The notes: a model not told the origin generated them from the sequence alone. Counted from the first letter of the stretch, positions 30,360 through 47,441 are shown. The stretch is 64,000 nucleotides of DNA from the human T2T-CHM13v2.0 reference genome, Homo sapiens (GCF_009914755.1 NC_060926.1); one strand, 5' to 3'. A program made the numbers and translations.

Positions 30360-30640
30360 GAGTCAATAATACTGTATTATGCACTTAAACATTTGTTAAG
30401 AGGGTAGATCTCATGTTAAGTGTTCTCACCACACACACATCCCAAAAAACCCCAAAATAACAAGAACAAAGGGACACGAGGAAACTTTTGGAGGTGACAG
30501 AGATAGACATCTCTGTCTATTACCTTGATTGTGGTGATAATTTCATGGGTGTTTGCATATGTCCAAACTCATCAGGTTGTAGACATTAAATATATGCAGC
30601 TTATTGTATATCAATTATACTTCAATAAAGCTGCTTTAAA
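30360..30640 (+). mobile_element. L1M 3' end
   Basis: GTTAAGAGGGTAGATCTCATGTTAAGTGTTCTCACCAC...CAATTATACTTCAATAAAGCTG. Confidence 0.8.
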
Positions 30641-30648
30641 AATCAATA

Positions 30649-31021
<373 letters not shown>

Positions 31022-32572
31022 CTAATATGTTTGATTACTAGCCATTTGCAATTCATTTTCTGAGAATTACTTGTTCATATTCTTTACATATTTCTCCCAT
31101 TTTTCTGTTGTTTTTTCTTATTTATATTTACACACTTTTATCATTATTATTATTATACCGCATTCTGAAAATTTTTAGTTTTATGCAGATCCAAATTTGG
31201 CTTTCAATATTAAAACTCTTTCAAGGAGAAAAATGATCCCACGCATGCTGAACCTCATACAGTGACCCACACCCGGGGTGTAACGACACCAGCATTGTTC
31301 GCGTGTAGCTTCAGAGTCCCTTGAGAAATTTCAAGGTGATTAGAAATGTAGGCAATGGCTTCTTTCAGTCAGTGTTTATTTCCTCCATTCCTCCATTTCT
31401 CTTTTTCATGGAGGTTGAATAGGCAGCTGCCAGGAAAACCTCCTCTCCCCCATAACAAAAATTATTATAACAAAACCAGAGTTATCTGAATGGAGACGCA
31501 AGAAGCATTTCATCAGTGTCATCTCTTGCTGCCAGCTTCCTCATCCTCTTCCTCTGAACACTTTCAAGAGTCTTGTTTACATGTCAGAGGGAGATGTCAG
31601 ATGGTTTTGGCTATGAATTGAATATTTATAGCTGATTTTTTCTAAAGGAAGCTTCACATTATTTACCTGCCTGTCAGGCACCATTGTGCACTGAAGGACA
31701 CAGTCTGCATGTCTAATGATTTAAAGGCAAATGCTTTTGTACCCAAGGACATGTTAAAGCTTAAACATGAAAATAAGCACTAGGGTATATTGATTCTTCA
31801 GAAACAAAGGCCCAATCCATCAGACATGATCTGTAATTACAAACTAAGGATGTTCTTCATCTTATCCCTGTTACCTCTTAATTTTATTTTCATAGAGATC
31901 AGGGGTGAAGTGAACTCTGGGCATCTTTTCCAGAGGCAATATTTCTGTTCTGTAAGCCATGTCATCTAGAAAGAAGTAGAATAAAGAAAACGGAAGTGGT
32001 GTGATAAGGGTGGACTGAGTGTGACTGAAAAATCTCACAAGCCAAAGAGAATAATTTCTTCCCAAGCTTAACTTATCTAAAGTTTGGCTTTTAATTGTTG
32101 AAGTAAACATGAAAAGTCATAAAAATATGATTATAATATAACAAAATCAGCTTGCTATTGATTTTTTTAACAAACCAAATCATACAGCACAGGAGCGCTT
32201 CAAAACAATTACCATAGAAGAGGGTATGATAATTCCATGAACGTGACAATTGCTCAAAACATTTAACAAACTCTCCTTGGAGTTGCCTTTATGGCCAATT
32301 TACACACCCACCAGAAAATGGCTTATTACTTTATAATTGCACCACATTTGTAGGCCAAAATCAGCATTGCCTGGTTTAATCACCCCTCTTTCACCAGATA
32401 AAAAATATCAAATTCATCCTCAAAGGACGAATATTTGTTATGCATAAGGAATCAAAAGAATGATGTGCCCCCAGCTCTGGAAATAATTTGCATTGAGAGT
32501 AAGAAGCACATTTTGAAAATTTTTGGGAATAATTTTGCAGGACTACCACTTGTTGGGTTGCATAAATTCTAT

Positions 32573-32731
32573 GGCCAGATGTGGTGGCTCATGCCTGTAA
32601 TCCCAGCACTTCAAGAGGCCAAGATGGGAGGATCACTTGAGGCCAGAAGTTCGAGACCAGCCTGATCAACCTAGCAAGACCCCATCTTAAAAAAGAAAAA
32701 AAAAAAAGTAAATTAAATTAAAATTTAAAAA
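32573..32731 (+). mobile_element. Free left Alu monomer (FLAM-like)
   Basis: Single monomer with A-rich tail; ATAAATTCTA on both sides. Confidence 0.85.
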
Positions 32732-32864
32732 ATAAATTCTAATAAATTTTACTTAGTAGTTATGCCTCACAAACACTCCCGCATTAGAGAGTACTTCCAG
32801 TTTTCTTCTTTCAACCCAGAACCCTATAATCCTTACTTGTCCTCAGAGTTTTCTCTGTAGGATC

Positions 32865-33641
<777 letters not shown>

Positions 33642-34721
33642 TTTGTAAGATATTTCTACTGTGGTCCTTTTTCTGTGCACTCTGCTTTCTATATCTCAAC
33701 CCCAGTATCTTAACTCTTAGCCACTGATTGGTTCTCACTGATCTCTCTGACTTAATCCAGATTCGACCAGTTCCCAAACAGAAGCTAGAGTCAGGAGGGA
33801 AATAAAGCCAGACCCTGGACTGGCAGTTGTAAGAAAGTGAAATTTCCAAGGGCTGAATTCTTCGCCAAGACCTTGTCTTCCCTGTCTGCTCAGAGGCATT
33901 CAGGGTTCTATCCACCTGGCTAACAGGAGATAATGCCAGCAGGAATTTAGCAAGCTTGGGTTACACCATGCTCTGTAGGTTAATACAACAATGGAGAACA
34001 CAGCTATAATGGGCTGTTCTGGCAAGGCCGAATTATTTGTCCAACATGGTAATCATTAGCACCTCATTCATTATTAAATTAGGAAACAGTTTGGTTGGAT
34101 TCCCTAAAGGCTCAGCTGCCAGACACAAGCTCAGAGATAAAATCATCATGCTCTTGCAATATTATGAACTTAATATATAAATTGAGTAAAGGACTTTTTG
34201 GGAAAATAAAAGTCAAGTGAATTCCAAGAGTTTGCCTCAGCTTCCACAGGTAAATAAAATTGCTAAAAAAGAAAACTTTCCCAATGCTCCCCATGCCCTA
34301 AGTCTTCTTAATTTGATGAGAGGGAGGAGGAAATTTTCCATAGCACATTGAACCAAAATTATGCTAAAGAGATTAAGAGCTCAGAAATTCCAAGACCAAA
34401 CAAGTGAATAGATTAAAATATATGCAACAGCTTCTCCCAGCTCTACTAAATCAGCCAGAGTTGAAGAGAGGCTGGTGGATTCTATGCCCTTGTGAAGGTG
34501 ATGTGAAACCATGTTTGTCAAACAATCACTGGCCCCAGATACAAGAAAAAAAAGAGACTGGTTGACTTCATGCTGCAGAATTAAAATCTCCCCTTTCAGA
34601 TGTAGAAACAACAACAACAACACAAAGTTGGCATATAAGACAAAGTTCTGAATTTGTACATTCATGAAACATTCCTCTGAGACTCTGAGAGGTCTATTAA
34701 TACAACATTTAAGAGGTGGGT

Positions 34722-35102
<381 letters not shown>

Positions 35103-36189
35103 TTATTTTATACCTCCACTGATTCTGCCTACAATTTTCCACGGGCCAAATTGCAATTGCCAGGGCAACCAGCCAGGTGTGCATTGGCCCTTAGTCTGTG
35201 CCAACACCAAACAATACACATTTGTTTGGAACATGGCCCTGGGACATCTTTAGATTTGTTGGAAGAAAGGCCTATTCTCAAAAGCACAAGAAATGCCATG
35301 TGAAATCTAACCTAAGCTCCATGTGACCATCAGGAGCGTGGGGCACACGTGTTTTGAGGCACAGAACACTTGTTTCCTGGGGAAACCCACCTCAAGAACA
35401 TGAACACAACAAAATAAGGGCCGTGTTGCTTATGCATCACAGCACAATTCTTGTTTCTTGTCCACAGTGTTCACCACATCTGCTTGAATGCATGTCTCAG
35501 CTCCTACCTCTGCAGAGCTTACTTTAAGATGCTACAGTTCCCCTTTCCTTACTGCAAACAAAGGCGAAAACTTACTATAGGCCTTTTGACTAGTCTGTAG
35601 GCAGTGGCACTTCCTCTAGATGTTAATCTCCCAAACATAAAAGAGGAAGAAGAAAGACAGCTTGTCTGTGAATAATCTACAGTGAGACATCTGCACATGC
35701 TCAATTCATTCCAGGATTTGTCTAGTAAACACTCAAGGGAGAAAGCATATAATGGTTTTGGAAACCTGTTTGGTGAGATATACTGAGCATACAGGTTTCC
35801 AAAAATTAAACCACTGGCATTTTTAAATCTGATGAAATATTTAAAATACATTGAAAAATAAAGACAATAGCATCACAAAGACCAGTATAAACACAAATCA
35901 GATTTAAATGTTTGCTATACTCCCTTCTAAATTTTTAAACATAAAATATTTTACAGAGAGTTGTAGTAGTTCTTTTATAGCCTTCCCTGAAGACATTTTT
36001 TACTTAACCTGCCTACTTAGAGGTAACCACTAACCAGAAATCAATATGGTTCCTTGCCTTCCATGTTTTTATGCTTTCATCACATAGTCACAGTCATGTA
36101 TCCATAAGTATAACAGTATTGTTTTGCAGCCCAACTTAAATATATATAAATATACAAACACATTTAGTTGGCATATAAATCTAGGGTGT

Positions 36190-36410
36190 GCATATATATA
36201 TGGCATATATACAGTGTGCATATATAATAGCATATATAGTGTATACATGCTATACATAGTGTTTATATAGCATGTATATATAGAGAGAGAGTATATAGTG
36301 TATACATGCTATACATAGTGTTTATGTAGCATGTTTATGTAGTGTGTATATATACTCACTATACATAGTGTGTATATATACTCACTATACATAGTGTGTA
36401 TAGGTGTATG
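36190..36410. repeat. Compound TA-rich tandem repeat (59-bp and 26-bp periods)
   Basis: Unit at 36233 recurs at 36292; AGTGTGTATATATACTCACTATACAT at 36341-36366 and 36367-36392. Confidence 0.9.
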
Positions 36411-36743
36411 TTCATGTAGACTTTAAACTAGTTTTATTTCCTTTTGTATAATAAAAAAATCAAAATATATCCAAATGTACTGAATTCATCTACAATGCTG
36501 GGCCTGACTAGACAGCCAGGAATCAGACTTTCAAAGCAAGATAAAAATGTTACTGGAGAAGTCATTTTTCAATAAGAACAACTTCTTGCATTTTTCTTTG
36601 TGTAATGATAAAATCGCCTATCACATAAACTTCCATGAACATAACAAAGGAATTTTGCTTGGGTTCACTGTAGTAGTCAATCTAGTAAATTGGTTATTTA
36701 AATTTTTATTTGCAATTGACTTTTGAGTATAGCAGTTATTTAC

Positions 36744-36822
36744 CTGACAAAATCAGGAGTTCAATGATCTCTGCATCTCCCAGAAATGCGGCCACATGAA
36801 GAGGGGTTCGTTTCTCAGAATC
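36744..36822 (-). CDS. ANKRD44: ANKRD44 coding exon 3 (79 nt): DSEKRTPLHVAAFLGDAEIIELLILS-G
   Basis: Acceptor tatttcag|GAT, donor TCAG|gtaaat; phase 0 to 1; ankyrin TPLH motif; absent from the ORF track. Confidence 0.96.
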
Positions 36823-39800
36823 CTGAAATACACAACGTCAAAGACATACAACAGGTCAGTGGCAGCTGGAGGTCCCTTTTGTAGACATAGTAAGACATGT
36901 CACTCACTCTGTGGTTAATGCATGTGGAAGAGTGTGAACACCAAACATTCGAGTAACTTCTGGTTATGCATTTTCTCTCAACATACCCTATAGTTACACA
37001 TAACAAAGCATTCCATTTTCTGTGTCTGTGCTTGGTATTTGCCCACTTGCTGCTTTTACTGAAGCCCAGCTGAGGTCATAGATGGATCATTATGCCCTGG
37101 ATGATGAATTTCAACTTACAGTATTTCCAAACCTTCAGGATGGTTAAAAAAAAAAAAAAAAATCTAACCTACCATAGCAATATAGTTCAAAGCTTTCAAT
37201 GACTTATTTTCTTTCTAAGGAAACATAGTGGAATGGTTCACAAGGACATTAAACATTAAACATAACTGTGGTCATTTTCTCCTTTCTATGCTTGTTAATT
37301 GTTGTTTGGACCACTGCCCATTCATGAAATACTTACTGAATGCTTACTCTATGCCAGAAACCATATTCTGGGGACAGAGGGATGACTACAACAGGCCTTG
37401 TCCCTGCCCTCATGAAACTCACATTCAAGTGGGAAGGCTGACAATAGTATACTAGACAATAGTATACTAGATACACATGAGATTATTTCAGATAAAACAC
37501 CGTATGGGATTAAGTGATTCAGGAGATGGGAATAAGAGTGGTCAGTGAGGCCTTTCTGAGAATGTTGACATTAAGGCTGAGAGCTAAGGTTGATATTATC
37601 TCTGTTTTATAGATAAGAAGACTGTAGCTCAAATTTTAAAATTTCCTCAAGATTCCACAGGTATATAGCACAGTCAAGATCTGACCTTCACCCAGCAGAC
37701 TTCAGTCTGTATCTTTGGCAAGGCATTGAACAGATTGTGCTGAAAGGCAGCATGGTAACATGCAAGGGAAAAAAGCGTTGCTTCCTCATCTGTAAATTGG
37801 CGATAATAAAATCTACCTTAGAGGACTGATAAGAGGACTAAAGATCATATAAGTAAATAAAGCCCTAGGCAAGCAGGAGATAAGTGCACAGCAGTGCTCC
37901 ATACGAAGCCCATTATTGTCATTGGCATAGAGAGTTGTGTGATATCTTTCCTCCAAAGACTGAAAACTTCCTGGAGTAAAGAACCGGCCTCACTCTTCTT
38001 TATCCCCATAGTAGCAGCATACTTGGTGCTCAGCATAAATTGGCTGAACTAACTAGTCTACACGTATGGTTTCTTCCACTAACTTCTATTGACTCCTCCA
38101 TAGCAATGGTAACCAAAGCCCATCTGCTATGTCTTTAAGGTTTCTCCTAAAACTAGCATGTATGTTAGTTTCAAGTTTCTTGGATTCGCTGTTGATTTTA
38201 ATCATTATTCCTTTCATAATTTGATTATATAATACATCTAACAACCCTTGATTAGCCCAAGGATATTATTCCATTTTCTGACAGTCCAGACCCTCTGCTC
38301 TTCCTCTGTCTCTCACAGATTATTGCTTTTAGACATTTCATGACTCACTAATATCTAAAACAGATGGCAGGCAGGGGACACAACAAGAATTGATCTTCAA
38401 ACCAGTCTATTTTTTAGAAAGTCTGGTAAGTAGGTTTTATAAAGAATGCACTACCATTAAGTAGACAAAAAGGAGTTTGGATTCACTGGAAACTCATGTT
38501 GTCTATGTATGGCTGCAGGCAATTACTATGGAAAAGTGAAAATAGGGCAGTCATGCAACTATAAAATAATGGCATGCATTGGAAAATTCAGTACGATATA
38601 TGACTACAATCAACCTTGTTATAGATATATCACCCTATCTTTGAAAATAAAGATTCAGTATTTGAAATCATGTTAGCTTATTTGAGAATCAAGTGTATTA
38701 ATTTGTGCAATGAACTATATAAGCTGAGAACAGATTTTCACAAATGTTTTCTATTTCTATTGATAACCCTAGATGCATTTTCCATTTTAGCCTCATGTTC
38801 CCTTTGAATCCTCGCTATATCTACTTAAAATTTTCTACTGGGATTTTTGGATAAAAGCTATGTAATTACATGTTCTTTTGTGAACTGAATTGGTTTCAGG
38901 GTTTGGTTCAACAAATTAAACCCTGCCTAAGTGATTTAAACAGGGACTATTCCAACCCAAATTATGACTTCATTTGACCTGAAGCAAAGGCAACTCTATT
39001 TGAGATCTTGGCCTCAAATAAAAAGCTAAGAAAACTCCAACATCCCTCCCTACCTTGCAAATCTGGTTGGCCTGTCATGATATGACTGGTTTTGCTGATT
39101 CTGTGGCCCCTTTTATGGCACAGCTTGTTCAAACCAAAGTTTCTATAACATAAAAAGGGTGTGTTGCATGAATACTGTAAAAATTCTTGATGATGAATCC
39201 CAGTGTTCCTGTTAATATGTGCTTAAAGGTTTCTGGTAGTTTCCAGAATAACTATGCGAATTGATACTCTCCTTTAGTGACATGGCACAGACAGGTAACT
39301 GCAGAGAAGACTTGTATTCAGGCAGTACTCCTTTAGTTCTCCAAAGCAGCAGAACCACAGAAACAATCACAAGTGCTATTAAGACCTTAACCAACATAAT
39401 AGTGCATTTCCACTATTGACCAAGGGTTGCTAACGTCTTCTCTTCTAACAAGGAACACCTGATCATGAGTCAAAGCGTGAATGACCGAGCCACAGTAATC
39501 ACCATGCTGGATAGAGAGAAATCAGCCAGGAGGTAGCACTATGTCCTCTGCCTAGGTAGAAGGCCACTCTACTTTGCCATAAGCTAAACTAATGGAATAG
39601 GAGATGGAATAGAAGGAGGGCGAAGGTTCTGGAGAAAAGAGAATAGTAGTAATAATACTGGTTAAAATGGGTTCTAGCCCAATGACATCCTTAGGGTGTC
39701 TAGAAGAAGAAACAAATCTAGCTGGTTATTATGAAGTGCTTTTATTTTTATTTTTTCCAAATATCTGCTCAACTATTCTACTACTCCATCTCAAAACATT

Positions 39801-39982
39801 CCTATCAGGGGAGTCACACCTTTTACAACTGTGTTCTTCAGTCTTATTATCACCATTTAAAAGATAAAGAATCTGAGCCTAGGACAGTTTGTATGACTTA
39901 ACCCAACGCAGCAAACTGATGCCAAAGAATTAGGTGTCCTGGCTCCCAACCTGAAACTTTTTTCTTTATAAAAATGAAAGTG

Positions 39983-40305
<323 letters not shown>

Positions 40306-42646
40306 TCATGTGATAGTCTAAAAACCCTTCTACTATGATCCCTAAGAAATCAGGAGGAAAATGTGACGAACATACGGTAAACATCATTTTAAATGAACTG
40401 AGAAGAAATTAAATAGAAAGGGGTCAGAAATGGAGGGTAAATAGAGAACCAAAGCCGCAGGCACATGAACTTAGAGTGCAGGGATAGGTCAATACACCAG
40501 GGGCTTGGGGCTTAACACTTGCAGGCAGTGAGAGATAAGGCAGAGAACTAGAACTGCGACCTCCAAGCAAAGAAAGACCCTTGAAGTGGCCTTGAAGAAA
40601 GACTCCTGAGGTGAAATAGTGGACTTGGAAAAAAACAATGACAAACACTCACGTAGGCAGATGGCAAAGAGATGCCTTGTCCCGGGTTCTTGGTAGGGGA
40701 ATAAAAATGTTTCCACTGAGCATTCACATCCCCAGAGTCTGCCCTCATGTGGTTTAGAGCTTTGAATTCACATTGCCTGTATAGTCTGGGAATTTACTTT
40801 TTTTTTTTTAATCCAGGAACTTTCAAGTTGAAAATATGCAAAAAAAAAAAAATGGGTTTTAGACCAATGATACCCCTAAGGTCCCTAGAAGAAGAAACAA
40901 AACCTAGCTGGATAGATATGCCCTCAATCCAGTCAACCTGGGACACCCACAGATTAAATCTCCATTGAAAATGAACTCACAAGCCTAAGCCATAAGACTC
41001 ACGTGGAAACGTTCACCATAAGCAAGAGTCAGCAGACTGAAGAACCAGCAAGAATTTGAGATCACAGAAGAATGAGATGGAGAACAGGGATGACATTTAA
41101 AATAACTTAAGACACAAAGGACAAAGCATAAGGGGGAACACCCCCACTATTTTTGAAAAACAAACAAAATTTGGAGGAAGAGATAATGAAGCAAGTATTA
41201 TGGAAAGCAGTACCAAAACATGATGCTAGACAGCATCTAAAATTTTGGTCTAAGAGGGATCAAACTCAAAGAATAAAAAAAGAAAGGGGAGGAGAAAGGA
41301 AAAATAAGCACAGGAACTTTGGGCTACGTTTTACAATCATTTATTCAGCCATATTATCTAGACATAGATATTTATTTAGAATCTATTATATGCCAGACAT
41401 TGTGGTACACATTAGGGATACAAAATTTAAAATATCTAGCCCTCTAACCCTAAAGAAACTTGCAGTCCACTGATCAGTTTCTAAATGTAGGATATTAGAA
41501 TAAAAACAATAGCAGGGAAGTGGCAAATAGTGATATCCATGATGTTAAATGATTTGTGAACGTATCAAATGCAATAAGACAAAAATATCTTGGTGAATAC
41601 TTCCCCCAAACCCATCCATATCCGAACTGGCCTGTGCAGTAAGTCTCAACTGCCAAGAAAAAAAAAAATCTCTTCTGAATTGGGAATTAAACACATCTTG
41701 CCCAGGACTCCCTAAAGGTCCTATTGGCTCCAGCTTATCTGGGAATCTTGGAAGCCCTCAAGGGCCAGCCTTCTGGGTCAGTTAGTGAGCCTAGCCTCTA
41801 TCTTACAGGCTGGCTCAGGGGTAGTTCCTGGATCAAAATTGGAATCCAGTACCAGGACAGGACCAGAGCAGCATTAACCTATAGTGGCCGAGCTAAGTGC
41901 ATTATTTGCATTCATTTCCATCTTTTGCCCAAGTGGACTCTCTGTGATGACCAATAGTTGAATAGTTACATAGGCTTTTATAACACCCATGAATATAAGT
42001 GGGGAAAATAACCCAAAAGCAGGTGCAGCAAGATTAACACACACTGAAATGGCTCATCAGCATAGTTTTTAAAGATTGTCCAAACATCACAAAAAGGAAG
42101 GTCTTTTTTCATCACCCAGTAGCTCTAATTCCACATAGTCCTTTGCAGACAGATTCAGATGCATGAGAAATGAGAAGACCCAGGTTCCTCCAGAAGGAAG
42201 GATGGTAAACCCTCCCATTCTACGAATAGCCAAAGATACACACAGCCAGCAGGGGTCTGAGCTAAATTTGCAGTATGTCTCAGAGAGATCAGGCAGAGGA
42301 AGTTGAGCTGTCTGTTTACCAAAGAAGAAGCAGATAAAAGAAAATAGGGAACTTGAAGTAGGTACATGCAAAGTGAGTTTGACATGGGCAGAGAGGCCAT
42401 TCTGGTAGCTAAAAATACTGTGTAGACAGGCAGACTGAGGGGCACCCTACGCCTGTTTTGAAGATTAAGAATTGTTACATGCTTTGGAAATTCTCAGCTA
42501 GAAGTACATGATCTAATCTGCATTCTAAGTAACTGTCATACACCAAAACAAACATTCCACCCTGTATATGAATATCTTACATACCAAGACAGAAAGATGG
42601 AGCAATATTAAGAAAACAAGCCTATGAAATACAGAAGTTAAGTTTG

Positions 42647-43017
42647 GGCCGGACGTGGTGGCTCATGCATGCAATCCCTGCACTTCGGGAGGCTGAGGCA
42701 GATGGATGGCTTAAGCCCAGGAAATTGAGACCAGGAGACCTCGTCTCTATTAAAAGTAATTTTTTTAAATCAGCTGGGCGTGGTAGCATGTGCCTGTGGT
42801 CCCAGATACTTGGGAGGCTGAGGTGGGAGGATTGCTTGAGCCCAGAAGGTCAAGAGGTCAAGGCTGCAGTGAACTGTGATCACACCATTGCACTCCACTG
42901 CACCGTCTTGCTCTGGGTGACAGAGCAAGACCCTGCCAAAAAAAAAAAAAAAAAAAAAAAAAGAAGAAACAAGAAGAGGAAGAAGAGGAAGAGGAAGAAG
43001 GAGGAGGAGGAGGAGGG
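42647..43017 (+). mobile_element. AluJ (left-arm deletion) with an A25/(GAA)/(GAG) purine tail
   Basis: J-type right arm; tail 42938-43017. Confidence 0.9.
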
Positions 43018-43840
43018 TTCCAATTATCAATCCAAACTTCCAAATTCCCACTAAAATTAAAGAAGCTGGGAGATAACTGACAACCTAGGCCCAACTACCT
43101 TAATGTGATATTGAACAGAGATCACTAGAGGCAAGAAGATGTCTAAAGAAACTCTGAACACATACACATAACAGGTACCTCGGAAGTATTTCAAATTACA
43201 TGAGGACAGGAGCCAAACGACACAAAATGGGAAGAATGCTTGGCCTTAAGGTGGGGAATTAAAAGAAGGTTAAAGAAGAAAGGAAAGAGAAAGACAGAAA
43301 ACAAATGCCATGCTTCTTTTGAAATTTTTCATGTTTACTTTCAATTTTTAACATCTCATAAATACGCAGAAATACAGAAAGTAATAGTCCCATATGTGCC
43401 CACCAGCAAAAACAAACATGTTAACATTTTTCTATGTCTCCTTCAGAACTCTAGTTTAAAAAAATACTTTTAGGGGTAAAAGTGCCATCTTCAGAAATGC
43501 AAATGGTTCTGAAAATAATTTGAAGTATGTGTTTGCATGTGTGTGTTTGTGTGTATAAGAGAGAAAGGTGGGGAAGGGAGAGAGAGAGAGAAAGTGGGAA
43601 GGAGGAAAGGGATTAGGTTGTTTTTAATTCTTCAAACCACTATTAAAAATGGTGTTGCAGTGTACACCTTTGTACATGTCTGTCTGTGCATACATGTGAG
43701 AATTTCTCTGAAGTAGATACCCAAAAAAGGAAGCACTGGATTAGGGTACACACACACATTCAATTGTATTAGGTATCCCTAAATAACTTCCAAAGTATTA
43801 ATAGTTTTACTAATTTACACTCCCACCAGTTACATTTTAG

Positions 43841-44191
<351 letters not shown>

Positions 44192-45199
44192 CTATCGGCT
44201 TTCTTACTCCTTGCCAGTATGTTATGCCTGACATGGTACATTCTGGTTTTTTCAACTGCGAACTGCCTATATGTATCTTTACCTATTGTTAAATTTGGTT
44301 ATTAGTCTTTTCCTTGTGTGTGGAGTTTTTTATATTGTTTAATTCAACTTTCAATGAAAATTCAAGTTATGTATTCACCTAGACACAACAGAAATGAATC
44401 AATGTTTTCCCCAAGTTACCATAAGAGAAAAATTTAGATTTACAGTCCTTATTCATCCCTAATGCATGCATTGTCTCATAAAGCTGAATTTTCCTTGTGT
44501 GGAGCCTCCCATGCCTCAAAGGTGACAGCAAATCTCTGTCCCAACATGCTCCCACCACCACACAATTGTATTCAACCATCACACTCTGCTGGTATTGTAA
44601 CCCATCCATTTGAATGTAACATGGATATATATTTCTCATATAGAAAATATAGATATATTTTCTATCTCTAAACATGTTCAAATTATGTTATACTCTCAAT
44701 ATGATATCTAACTCCTGAAACGAAGAATCACGCACAAGAATTAAAATGATGATAAAATAAGAAAAATAAGAATGCCAAAGACATTTTTATTTTATCTCCC
44801 TTACATAACTAGACACTGGATATTTTATTGCACTAATTTCTAAAAATCAAATAATGTATATTGAGCAAAACTTGTATCAGAGAGTTTATATTTTCAAATT
44901 TGATCCTTAAAACAATACTGTGAAGTAAATATGAGCATCCCCATTTCACTGTTGAGGAACCTGAGATTTTGAGGTGATGAGTAACTTGTCCAGAGTCACA
45001 AAGCTAGTAAGTGGTAAAACCAAGATTCAAAACCAGATCTGATTCCATTGTTCACGCTCTTGCTGGCTTTTGGATGGTTACAAGCCTTGGTAAATACAAT
45101 GAAAGTTATTCTCCATTATAATTAGCATGCTTGCCCTAAATACTCTAGACCCAAGGGCAAAAGGCTTGTATGTAAAAAAGTACAAGCAGGCAAGAAGAA

Positions 45200-46835
45200 T
45201 AAAATTGGAGAACTAACATTACCTGATTTCAGAGCTTATTATAAAGTTACAGTAATCAAAACAATATGGTATTGGTGCAAAGAAAACTCTGGTGAAAGAA
45301 TAGCCTTGTCAACAAATGGTCCTAGAACAATGAGATATTAAACTTTGGGCCATACCTTGAACCCTAAACAAAAATTAAATCAAAATGGATCACAGAACTA
45401 AATGTAAAACTTAAAATTATAAAATATCTAAAGGAAACATAGGCAAGATCTTTTCACCTTGGGTTAAGCAAAGATTTCTTAGATATGACATCAGAGCAAA
45501 ACCCATAAAAGGATAAATTGGTAAATGGAATTTTATCAAAATGAATAATGTCCACTCTTTGAAACACACTGGTAAGAGAATGAAGATAAGCCACAGACTG
45601 GGGGAACATATTTGTAAAGCATATATTGGATAAAGGACTTCTATCTAGAACCTACAAAACAACTCTCAATAACTATGAAAGCAAACAATCCAATTAAAAA
45701 GTAGGCAAAAGATTTGAACAGATATTTCACCAAAGATATACAGATAGCAAATAAGCATATAAAACAATGCTCACCGGGCCGGGCATGGTGGCTCACACCT
45801 GTAATCCCATCACTTTGGGAGGCCAAGGCGGGCGGATCACGAGGTCAGGAGATCAAGATCATCCTGGCTAACATGGTGAAACCCCGTCTCTACCAAAAAT
45901 ACAAAAAATTAGCCGGGCGTGGTGTCAGGCACCTGTAGTCCCAGCTACTCAGGAGGCTGAGGCAGGAGAATGGAGTGAACCCAGGAGGCGGAGCTTGCAG
46001 CGAGTGGAGATTGCACCACTGCACTCCATCCTGGGCGACAGAGCGAGACTCCGTCTCAAAAAAAAAAAAACAGTGCTCACCGTCATTAGTCATTAGAGAA
46101 AGGCAAATTAAAGCCATATTACATACTTATTAAAATTGCTAAAATTAAAAGGACTAATGATACCAAGTGTTGGTGAAGATGTGGAGGAACTATAACATTC
46201 AGGCACTGCTAGTAGGAGTGGGAAATGATATAGTCACTTTGAAAAACAGTTTGGCAATTTCTTAAAAACTTAAACATACAACTACCATATAAGCTAGGTA
46301 TCGTACCCTTGGGTATTTACTGGAAAGAAATGAAAGCATATGTCCATACAGAGACTTGCACATGAGTATTCCTAACAGCTTTATTTGTAATACCAAAAAC
46401 TAGAAGTAATCCAAGTTTCCATCAAAAGATGAATGGACAAACTTATTTCCACATAATGGAACACTACTCAGCAATTAAAAGGAATGAACTATGGATATAT
46501 GTCACAACATGGATGAATCAAAATAATTGTGTGAGTGAAACAAGTCGGGCAAAAAAAAAGTACATATTGTATAAATCCACGTACATAAAATTCTAGAAAA
46601 TGCAAACTAATACACAGTGACAGAAAGCAGATCAGCAGTTGCCTGACGGGCCTAAGGGAGAGACTGGGAGGGGTAGCAGGGAGGGATTTGAAAGGGGAAC
46701 AAAGAAGCTTTTGGAGCACTGTATATGTTCATTATCTCAATCATGGTAATGGTTTCATATGTCAAAACTTCGCAAACTGTACACTTTAAATATGGGTAGT
46801 TTATTGTATGTCAATTATATTTCAATTAAGCGGTT
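45200..46835 (+). mobile_element. L1M (MB/MC-like) ORF2 end and 3' UTR, interrupted by AluY
   Basis: ACCTGATTTCAGAGCTTATTATAAAG..CAGTAATCAAAACA through TGTATGTCAATTATATTTCAATTAAG. Confidence 0.85.
45777..46066 (+). mobile_element. AluY
   Basis: TSD AAAACA(A/G)TGCTCACCG at 45761-45776 and 46067-46082. Confidence 0.95.
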
Positions 46836-47074
46836 TCATAAATACATAAGCAGGCAAATAAAACACATTCTCACTCTTACATAAAGTAAAAAAAAGGCAT
46901 ATTTAAAAGTTAAAAATACCCCTAAGCAACAAAATTTATTCAGTTAATAGAAGAAAAGAAATAGCAAAATCGAATTAACCAATAGTGGGTTAATTTAGAG
47001 GCAGCTCATGTTATGCCCTGGTTATGTGTGGATGTAAAAGTGAAGTTCTTACAAAAGAATGGCCTGTTGGCTTA

Positions 47075-47441
<367 letters not shown>

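Noticed and set aside
36233-36402. Palindromic repeats superficially like a CRISPR array
   Set aside because: No unique spacers, low complexity, eukaryotic intron, no cas genes.
42644-43094. Poly-K/E and poly-P/S/F ORFs
   Set aside because: Translation of an Alu tail microsatellite.
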